Of a stretch of DNA of 64,000 bases, positions 56,588 to 64,000 are shown one piece after another. The position numbers and the translations under genes are program-made. The first letter of the stretch is position 1, and each line of letters opens with the position of its first letter. The stretch is from Polyangiaceae bacterium (GTDB lineage: Bacteria; Myxococcota_A; Polyangia; Polyangiales; Polyangiaceae): assembly GCA_033763455.1 (NCBI GenBank), contig JANRKO010000039.1, positions 161,499 to 225,498 on the forward strand. Reading direction: 5' to 3'. The notes beneath the pieces are model-generated. The model ran no database searches and had not been told where the DNA came from. It saw nothing but the letters and a program-made list of their open reading frames with translations.

Positions 56588-58099
56588 TTAAGCACTAGGA
56601 CGCTTGCGGCTTGCTTCTCGCCTCGACTTTAGGGAGCTGGTCGAGCCTCCACTCGGAGCTTGCAGTTGCGCTAATATCTCCTTAGCGGGCTCGTCATTCG
56701 GGTCCTGCGGGACGAGTTCGCCGCGGAAAGCTTTGGCCAGCTGAGCGCGCTCCAGCGTCAGAAGTTGTTCATCCACCGAAGCATGGCTCGCTGCCGCGGA
56801 GGTCACCCTAGCCATCGCCCGCTCGACGCGTTCGACAAGAAGAACCATTTCCTCGTGCGTGGGGACGGGAACCGCAACCTCCCCCAAGACCTCGAGGTTT
56901 ATATTAGCCTGCGCCGTTGCTGGCGCGAACCGTTTGAGGTCCACACGCGCCGTGCGAATAAACAGTTCGACGTAGGACGCGACGATCGGGCCCCCGTCCG
57001 CAACGAACCCCACAACGCTATCGGGGAAACAAGCATCAAAATCAAGGATTCCTGTGTCCGCGATGTTGGCAGCAATCGTGATGCAAACCGTCCCCCGCGG
57101 GAAGATTCGGCTCTGCGCGACGCCAAATGGCGAGTACATGGTTGAGTGGGAGGTAATTCGTCCCTCTGCCCTAGCGACCTCACCTGTCTGAATGAAAGGA
57201 ATGGCGTTGCCGAACAGAGCGGGGTCGTTGCGCGGACGGTGCTTCGACTTGCCCCGCGCGAGTTCTCCCAGCGTTGGAAGCGGCGCCCAACACCACCCCT
57301 CCGGCAGCTCCGGCAACCCCGTTGCATCCACAGGCTCCGGCTCCTTGTACTTCGCCTTCCATTTATCGTCCGTCGGCGCCTTGCCCTTGGCCTTCATTTT
57401 GGCGAGCTCGGATTCTTCCCATTTTCTGCGGCGCTCCGTGCGGATGCGCTTGAGGAGCTCGCTCGCGGGCTCCACGTTCTTGTGCTTCGCGCGCCAATCC
57501 TTCGTGAGGTCGCCGCGAAAGGCTGCGGCGAGAATCGATTGGCGGAGCTTCTCGAGCAGGGGCGGCACGGCGTCGAGTGCCCCGCGCGCGCGACGGCTTC
57601 GGGCTTGGAGGGCTTCGAGCTTGGCGACGATGCGGCGTTGTTCGTTGAGGGGTGGGAGGGCCAACTCGGTAGCCTCAAACTTCGGTTTCGTGACGTGCGC
57701 CAGACCAGCCCCCCCGTGAGCTAGGTCGATTAGCTCGCTAAGCCGGTCGTTGATGGCATAGCGCAGGAACGACTTGTCGAAGAGCTCTTCGTAGTCGAGC
57801 ACCCTGAAGATGTGCTGATTTAGTATCGCTTGTCCGCGCTGCCAGATATGCGCTCCAAATGAGGTCCCCGGCGTTCCTGACCAAGCAAAGAGAAGCTCTC
57901 CATCCTCGACGAGGAACTTTCGTTCAACGACGCCCGCATAGCGGTTGAAGGCCGCCTTATGATTATTGAGGTTTTGGATGCGAATAATCGGCAGCCCTTC
58001 ATCCGTCCAGTCCGTGGGCTTGAAAGCTCGACCGTTAACGAGACGGCATGAACGCCCCACAGATACCTTCGACCATCCCCGTGGTAGCCGCTCGTTCAA
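56588..58099 (-). CDS. hsdS: Type I RM specificity subunit
   Basis: LPRGW, PPLNEQRRIV, LRQSILAAAFRGDL, AFRGELVPQDPNDEPA; two TRDs. Confidence 0.95.
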   Translation of the reverse strand: MNERLPRGWSKVSVGRSCRLVNGRAFKPTDWTDEGLPIIRIQNLNNHKAAFNRYAGVVERKFLVEDGELLFAWSGTPGTSFGAHIWQRGQAILNQHIFRVLDYEELFDKSFLRYAINDRLSELIDLAHGGAGLAHVTKPKFEATELALPPLNEQRRIVAKLEALQARSRRARGALDAVPPLLEKLRQSILAAAFRGDLTKDWRAKHKNVEPASELLKRIRTERRRKWEESELAKMKAKGKAPTDDKWKAKYKEPEPVDATGLPELPEGWCWAPLPTLGELARGKSKHRPRNDPALFGNAIPFIQTGEVARAEGRITSHSTMYSPFGVAQSRIFPRGTVCITIAANIADTGILDFDACFPDSVVGFVADGGPIVASYVELFIRTARVDLKRFAPATAQANINLEVLGEVAVPVPTHEEMVLLVERVERAMARVTSAAASHASVDEQLLTLERAQLAKAFRGELVPQDPNDEPAKEILAQLQAPSGGSTSSLKSRREASRKRPSA

Positions 58100-59520
58100 G
58101 CGCCGCCTCCCAATTCCTCTTGCAACGCCATCATCTCCTCCAACGCAATCTGCAACTGCGCCACAATCTCCGCCGCAATAACCTCCGGCTCCGGCAAATC
58201 AGCGTGGTCCGTCACGCTGTCATCCTTGAGCCAAGAGATATCCAGATTGTCCCCTCTTTTCGCAATCTCCTCCCGCGTAAACTTACGAAACCGCCCAGTT
58301 TCTCCCTGATCCTTGCGTTTGCTCTTGCCGTGCGAATCCGCGCCGTACGCTTTCTCAAACTCAGCAAAATGCGCCCGAGTAAAAGGCGTGCGCTTGCCGA
58401 AGGAGGGCATGTTGGTGCGCATGTCAAAGAACCACACGGCTTTCGTATTCCCTTTGTCCTTCTCGCCGCGTGTGAAGAAGAGAACGTTCGTCTTCACCCC
58501 CTGCGCGTAGAAGATGCCCGTGGGCAAGCGAAGGATGGTGTGGAGATCACACTTTTCCATCAAATCCCCACGCACCTTTTGCCCCACGCCTTCTTCGAAG
58601 AGCACGTTATCCGGCAGCACCACAGCTGCACGCCCGCCCGGCTTCAGGCCTCGGTAAATGTGCTGGAGGAAAACGAGCTGCTTGTTGCTCGTGGGGTAAG
58701 TGATGTCGTCGCGAGTTGGGCCGCCACCGCCCTTTTTTGTGCCGAAGGGTGGGTTCGTGAGAATAACATCAGCTTTTGGTAGCTGGGAGCCAGTGGGGCC
58801 GAGCGTATCGCCGAGTACGATGTCCCCCTCGATGTCGTGGAGCATCGCGTTCATGAGCGCCAGGCGCTGCACATCCGGCACCAACTCAACGCCGTAGAAG
58901 GCTTCCCGGCGCTGGAAGTTTTGCTTGGCTACGGAGAGGTCGTGGTAGTCGTCCGTGAGAGACTTTACGTAGCGATCGGCGTTGATGAGGAAGCCACCGG
59001 TGCCGACTGCGGGATCTTGAATGCGCTCACCCGGCTGCGGCTTGATGAGCTCCACCATGCACTCAATCAGCGGGCGCGGTGTGAAATATTGGCCGGCGCC
59101 ACTCTTGGTTTCTTCCGCGTTCTTTTCTAGCAACCCCTCGTAGAGGTCGCCGAGCCCTTCCGATTTGGCGCTATACCAGTCGAGATCGCTGATGGCCTGC
59201 ACAACAGTTTGCAGGTGGCGGGGCTGACGAAAGGAGGTGGAAGCGTTGGCGAAAATAGCCTGCACTCGCCCCGAACCGTTACCGCCCAGATCGATGAGCA
59301 GCTTCTTGTAGAAATTGAGCAGCTCCACGCCATCTTTCTTCGCGACGTCGTCCCAGCGGTAGCCTTTGGGGATCTGCTCTTCGGCCCCCGTTTCTTTCAT
59401 CATCTTGAGGAACAAGAGGTACGTGAGCTCCGTCACGTATTCGTGGTACGTGATGCCGTCGTCGCGCAGGATGTTGCAGAGGTTCCAGAGCTTCTGAACG
59501 ATGTCTTGAGTGTTGGGCAT
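58096..59520 (-). CDS. hsdM: Type I RM N6-adenine methyltransferase
   Basis: GAGQYFTPR, DPAVGTGGF, NPPFG, LRLPTGIFY. Confidence 0.97.
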   Translation of the reverse strand: MPNTQDIVQKLWNLCNILRDDGITYHEYVTELTYLLFLKMMKETGAEEQIPKGYRWDDVAKKDGVELLNFYKKLLIDLGGNGSGRVQAIFANASTSFRQPRHLQTVVQAISDLDWYSAKSEGLGDLYEGLLEKNAEETKSGAGQYFTPRPLIECMVELIKPQPGERIQDPAVGTGGFLINADRYVKSLTDDYHDLSVAKQNFQRREAFYGVELVPDVQRLALMNAMLHDIEGDIVLGDTLGPTGSQLPKADVILTNPPFGTKKGGGGPTRDDITYPTSNKQLVFLQHIYRGLKPGGRAAVVLPDNVLFEEGVGQKVRGDLMEKCDLHTILRLPTGIFYAQGVKTNVLFFTRGEKDKGNTKAVWFFDMRTNMPSFGKRTPFTRAHFAEFEKAYGADSHGKSKRKDQGETGRFRKFTREEIAKRGDNLDISWLKDDSVTDHADLPEPEVIAAEIVAQLQIALEEMMALQEELGGGA

Positions 59521-59539
59521 GGGCTACTTCGCGAAACCT

Positions 59540-62500
59540 TTATCCTGCATCCTTCCAAACTTCATCCGCGAGCTCGCCGAGCAGTGAGTCGAGCTGGCCC
59601 TCGAATACCTTGTTCAGGCGCGCGAAGCCACCGTCGGTCTTGAATTGCCCGGTGTCGAGTGAGGCGCGGTCTACGACCGTTTCGAGCTTGACTTGCTTGG
59701 CGATGCGGTCGAGCCACTTCACCTGCGGGTCGGTGAACTTGTGTGCTTTGCGCAGGCGCCGGAGAGCGCCGTCCACGCGTTCGGTGTAGGGCATCAGGGG
59801 CGAACCGAGCGCGAGCTGCCGGATGTAGCCGACGATGGTGGCGGCGATGTCTTCGTTCTTTTGGTCTCGCCAAGCGGACTGCACGGCCTTTTCGCCAAAG
59901 CCCTCTTGATCCAACATGAGCTTCAGCTGCCGCAGATCTTCACGCGTGAGGTCCCGCGGGCGCTGCGTCACCACGAGGAGTGCGGGCAGCTTGTTCATGT
60001 TTTCCGCCACGAAGGCGCGGAACGCTTCCAGATAATCTCCGGGAGGGCGGCTGCCGTGTTTGCCGTAGCCTCGCCGGACTTCGAGCAGCTCGTCGGCCTT
60101 TTCGGAAACTAACAGCTGATTGGCCCCGCTACCAAGGGTTCGGTCCAAAAATGCGGCCAGCGCAAAGTGTTGCCGCAGGTAGTCAGCCGCTTCGCCGACG
60201 CTAGCCTTCTTCAAGAACTGGGTGAGGGCTTTAACATCCATGCCCGCGGCGCTCTGGAAGGATTCCTCGTGCGCGCCCGTGAGCCAGCGCTTCTTCCGTT
60301 GGAGCTTGGCGAGAAACTCCTCCAGTGAGGTACGGCGAAACTCCTCTTCTTTGCCTTCAACTACTTCTTTCCGCAGTTGCTCAAAGCTCACGAAGGGGTT
60401 TACCACCACCGGCTTCATGTCGGTCACGTCTTTGAGGGCGGAATAAAGATCCACGGCGTCAAAGATGCGAAAGCGCTCTTTGCCAATATCGGGGCAGAGG
60501 CGCGTAGCGCGACCTATCATCTGCTCGTAGAGGATGCGGCTTCGAACACGGCGCAGGAAAACGAGGTTGGCGATCTTGGGTACGTCGATGCCCGTGGTGA
60601 GCAGATCTACCGTGACGGCGATGTTGGGGTGGCGTTCGTTGCGGTAGCGACGCAGGGCTTCAAGCGGGCGATCGGTGGCGCCCGTGATCTTGGCGACGGC
60701 ATCATCATCCACCGAGCCATATTTGGCTCTAAGCGCGTCTTTTAGCAGCAGCACCACCATGTCGGCGTGTTCATCGGTGGCGCAGAAAATGAGGGTCTTC
60801 TCGTCTTGCTCGGGGTCAATGTGGTTGACGAGTTCGGCGAGCACAGCCCGGTTGTAGTGCTCGGTGATCACGCGTTTGTTGAAGGCATCGACCTCAAACT
60901 GGATTTCGTCGGCGAGCTCTTCTTTCTTGAGAGTTTGGGTCGAGCGATCCAGCATCAGCACTTCTTCGTGCGCGTTGTAGTGGATGCCGTCGTGCGCGAG
61001 CTTGGTCACGATGTGAATGGGGGGCTCGTGGTCAACGAGGAAGCCATCAACCACGGCTTCGCGGTACGAATATGAAAATATGGGCGCGCCAAAGATTTCC
61101 TTGGTGTGAAGTGCAGGCGTTGCTGTGAGGCCAATCTTGGCAGCGTCGAAGTGGTCGAGCACGCGGCGGTACTTGGAAATGTAATCCTCTTCGTCGCGGA
61201 AGAGGAACTCGCGGTCCGAAAGCTCGCGATCCAGGAGGTACCCGCGATGGCACTCGTCCACCACGACGCAATCGTATTGATCGACCGGCGGAATGTCAGT
61301 CTCGCCCCCGTCACTGAAAGGGCCGAGTACGCGTTTCACCATCGCTTGGATGGTGGCAATGTGGAGCTTGGTTTCGCGCTGGGGCCTGATATCAGCGAGC
61401 TCTTTGACGTCGAAGATATCGGTGAACGTCTGTAGGTTCTCCAAGCGGAGATCCTTGAGCGCATCGGCGGTTTGCCTGCCCAGGGCATTGCGGTCCACCA
61501 GGAAGAGAACGCGGCGAAAACGCTTGGTTTTGAGCAGGCGGTAGCAGAGGCCAATGCACGTTCGAGTCTTGCCAGTGCCAGTTGCCATGGCGACGAGCAG
61601 CTCCCGTTTTCCCGCTTCGAGGCCGTGCTCTACAGCCAGGATGGCGTTTCGTTGATACTCGCGGTCGATGTAAGGCATCGGTTCGACGTGGAGCCGCGCG
61701 TGCGCTTCATCAATGTTTTGTCTTAAGAGATCGACGAGCCCCTCGGGCGTGTACCAGCCTTCGAGCGCCACCGGGTGATTCTGGGGGCGTCGCGCGTCGA
61801 GAAACCAAACGCCACTCTTTGTTCGGAGTTGGCGCAAGAACGGACGACCGTTGGTGGCGAAAAGGAAGGGTACCTGGTAGGCGCCCCACGGGCTTCCCTC
61901 GGGTAGGAACTCATCGCCCTTCACCAGGTAACCCACCGAATAGCGTTTTGCTTGTGGAATAACGCCCATCACGTCTTTGTGTTTGCGCTTCGCTTCGACC
62001 ACCGCAACCACCTGAAGGCCGGCGAACAGCACGTAATCCGCCCAACCCTCATTCCCATCGGCGCGCGTGGGCCATTCGGCAATCGCAAGGTTCTTCCCCT
62101 TCGTGGGTCGAACGCCCTGCTTGAACGTGAGCCGCTCAGAATCCACTTCCCAGCCGGCGTCACTCAACTGTCGGTCGATGAGCTTTCTTGTGGCGGCTTC
62201 ATCGAGTTCGATGGCTTCGCTTGCCTCTGAAGCTTGCTGGATAGCGCCCGCAAGCTCCTTCGGGGGCATGGCCTGCGCTGCGGCTTGAAGGGCCGCCAAC
62301 TCAGCGCGGAGTTTCTCGTTTTGTTCGGTAAGGGCGCCACTTTTGTGGGCTTCAGCCTTGGCCGTTTCGCGGTGCGCTTCTATCTGTTCCTCAGCCAGAG
62401 CCTCCCAGATGGCGGCGTCTTCTTTGGCCTTGGCTGCGCGCTCCAGGGCGGTGAGCTTCTCGGCCGCTTCCGCCTCGGCGGCTTTCTTCGCTTCTTCAAT

Positions 62501-63022
62501 GGCGCGCTGTGCAGCCTCCAGTTCTTGGCGGCGCGCCTCTACTTCATCACGCAGGCGTTGGAGCTCGTCGTGCAGGGTAGACTCTGATTTTGAAGGCTCC
62601 GCAGGCGGAACGAACGGGCCGGCCTCGAACTTCTTGTTGTTACCAAAGCTCCGCTGAAACCAAACGGCCAACTCACGCGCCATCCGGAGTTGGTGCAGCG
62701 CCTCGCTGTGGCCGCCTTTGCCATCGTGCACCGCAGCGTTCCCGACGCGACGCAGATTATGGAAGAGCATGCGCTGAGTCGCACCGATAACATTGCGCTC
62801 CCAAAGCCGATCAATGAGCTGCTGCTGGGGCTCCTCGGTGCTTGCATAGAGGCCGACCTTGGCAGCCGCCCTTTGTGCCAACGCCTCGCCAAACTGACGG
62901 AGCTTGAACAGGGTTACGACAGGATCGCTTCCGAAGTGCTCTTCAGCCTGTGTAGCAAGCGCAACCAGGCGCGCGTCGTGGTACGCGAGGAAGGCAAAGT
63001 TCGGAGAAGGGTTCGTGTTCAA
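59540..63022 (-). CDS. hsdR: Type I RM restriction subunit (EcoKI-like)
   Basis: ADY..VEAK nuclease, MATGTGKT, VDECHRGY, LTATP, QMIGRATR; start most plausibly TTG 63022. Confidence 0.96.
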   Translation of the reverse strand: MNTNPSPNFAFLAYHDARLVALATQAEEHFGSDPVVTLFKLRQFGEALAQRAAAKVGLYASTEEPQQQLIDRLWERNVIGATQRMLFHNLRRVGNAAVHDGKGGHSEALHQLRMARELAVWFQRSFGNNKKFEAGPFVPPAEPSKSESTLHDELQRLRDEVEARRQELEAAQRAIEEAKKAAEAEAAEKLTALERAAKAKEDAAIWEALAEEQIEAHRETAKAEAHKSGALTEQNEKLRAELAALQAAAQAMPPKELAGAIQQASEASEAIELDEAATRKLIDRQLSDAGWEVDSERLTFKQGVRPTKGKNLAIAEWPTRADGNEGWADYVLFAGLQVVAVVEAKRKHKDVMGVIPQAKRYSVGYLVKGDEFLPEGSPWGAYQVPFLFATNGRPFLRQLRTKSGVWFLDARRPQNHPVALEGWYTPEGLVDLLRQNIDEAHARLHVEPMPYIDREYQRNAILAVEHGLEAGKRELLVAMATGTGKTRTCIGLCYRLLKTKRFRRVLFLVDRNALGRQTADALKDLRLENLQTFTDIFDVKELADIRPQRETKLHIATIQAMVKRVLGPFSDGGETDIPPVDQYDCVVVDECHRGYLLDRELSDREFLFRDEEDYISKYRRVLDHFDAAKIGLTATPALHTKEIFGAPIFSYSYREAVVDGFLVDHEPPIHIVTKLAHDGIHYNAHEEVLMLDRSTQTLKKEELADEIQFEVDAFNKRVITEHYNRAVLAELVNHIDPEQDEKTLIFCATDEHADMVVLLLKDALRAKYGSVDDDAVAKITGATDRPLEALRRYRNERHPNIAVTVDLLTTGIDVPKIANLVFLRRVRSRILYEQMIGRATRLCPDIGKERFRIFDAVDLYSALKDVTDMKPVVVNPFVSFEQLRKEVVEGKEEEFRRTSLEEFLAKLQRKKRWLTGAHEESFQSAAGMDVKALTQFLKKASVGEAADYLRQHFALAAFLDRTLGSGANQLLVSEKADELLEVRRGYGKHGSRPPGDYLEAFRAFVAENMNKLPALLVVTQRPRDLTREDLRQLKLMLDQEGFGEKAVQSAWRDQKNEDIAATIVGYIRQLALGSPLMPYTERVDGALRRLRKAHKFTDPQVKWLDRIAKQVKLETVVDRASLDTGQFKTDGGFARLNKVFEGQLDSLLGELADEVWKDAG

Positions 63023-63152
63023 GGCCGCTACTCTGAGAGGGCCTACGGTCCCCCTATAGAATCCGAAACTATCGGCCGACCACGACCGGGGGTCAAGCGC
63101 CCCAAGCGTGGCGTATACGCAACTGTCGGAGCAGTGTTGCCGATAGGGCCCC

Positions 63153-63587
63153 ATGCTTAAATCAGGAACGCTTGGCCGGCGCAAAACGCTCGACCCGAAG
63201 CTTGATATAGTGTTTTGGATGTCAGCCGCAGGCGACGAGGACTTGGAGAAGTTAGCCATGGAACACCCGGTGCTCAAGCAAGCCAAAGACGCCCTGGATC
63301 GCCTGAGCGCGGATGAACTCGCACAAATCCAAGCCGAGCACCGCGAGATGGCCCTGTTAACCTACGAAGCTGGCATCTCGGCCGCACGACACGAGGCTGA
63401 AGAGAAAGGCCGGCAAGAAGGCCGGCAAGAAGGCGAGGCCGAAATGTTACTTCGCCTGCTGACGATCAAGTTCGGCCCTCAACCAGCAGAAGTCGCTCAG
63501 CGATTGGCGAGCGCAAGTCAGGCCGATGTTCTGCGTTGGTCGGAACGCATGTTTTCCGCCGATTCGATCGACGCCATCTTCGCTTAG
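63153..63587 (+). pseudogene. Rpn-family (PD-(D/E)XK 'transposase') gene lacking its nuclease core; DUF4351-like C-terminus intact
   Basis: LDPKLDIVFWM is joined in frame to SAAGDEDLEKLAMEHPVLKQAK...KGRQEGRQEG...LLRLLTIKFG...W. Confidence 0.75.
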
Positions 63588-64000
63588 CTGACGGGCAGCG
63601 CTCCCCCCGTTCATCGGGGACATGGGTGTGGCCGTTTCAACTCACGTGCGCCACAAGCCTGAGGCGGAGCGCCGGTCACGGTTTTGCAATGCACGCGTGA
63701 GTGCCTGGGCGGCCGGCACGGTGCGGGCTTCTCCCGCAAAATTCAGGACACGCTCGATATCTTCGCGTGTGAGGCTGTGAATGTTCTGGAGGGCGCACTC
63801 ACAGGCTTCGGCGGCGCCGTGGAGGCGTGCTTTGAGCTCGATCTGCAGCTGAATCGCTGGGAGATGTCATGGGGTGGCTCGCGACCTGAAAAGTAGTGGT
63901 CACCTTTCGGCTATAGAAAGCCCAAGGGTATTCGGCCCGATTGACGCATCCGCAGCGCCGGTGAGGGCCGTTTGGACCCGTGCTGCTCGAAACTTCGGAA

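Larger units (their letters stand above)
38900..63600. other. Defence island (boundaries approximate; no integrase seen in the window)
   Basis: Continuous run of TA, Abi, CBASS, RM and nuclease genes plus gene remnants and four island-specific repeats. Confidence 0.85.

Noticed and set aside
63023..63286. 1248-aa HsdR with a long N-terminal extension
   Set aside because: The extension overlaps the divergent Rpn remnant; recognisable HsdR sequence begins at SPNFAFL.
63600..64000. Possible island border, att site or tRNA at the right edge
   Set aside because: No tRNA fold was found, and I saw no direct repeat matching the left border near 39370.

Overview
Bacterial chromosome segment of roughly 60% GC (estimated by eye). 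It is probably Myxococcota (Polyangiales-like), judged from an AgmX/PglI-type domain, many Pro/Ala-rich lipoproteins and the Rpn type. All family calls come from motif recognition; no database search was run. Three zones are visible. (1) About 2.8-19.9 kb is a nitrogen-scavenging supercluster: ureDABCEFG, urtABCDE, allophanate hydrolase, triuret hydrolase, biuret hydrolase, a cupin and an amide/urea-type porin. Four of its upstream regions share a GAAAC-N6-GAAAC-type motif. (2) About 20-38.8 kb holds housekeeping and accessory genes: slyX, a stand-alone fusA, MFS transporters, GH95, GH2, lipoproteins and two TA-type loci. (3) About 38.9-63.6 kb is a defence island with AbiE, type II CBASS (capV, CD-NTase, cap2, cap3), a type I RM system and many TA modules whose toxins are broken. 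The island also carries two intact three-gene operons that I cannot assign to a named system: [ClpP/SDH-like protease + 76-aa protein + PIN RNase] and [CBS-HEPN + McrA-head/nitrilase-like fusion + tandem PD-(D/E)XK-like protein]. Four same-orientation copies of a ~130-bp double-hairpin repeat punctuate the island at module boundaries. These two operons and the repeat-delimited architecture are the best candidates for an undescribed system. I found no rRNA, tRNA, CRISPR array or integrase.
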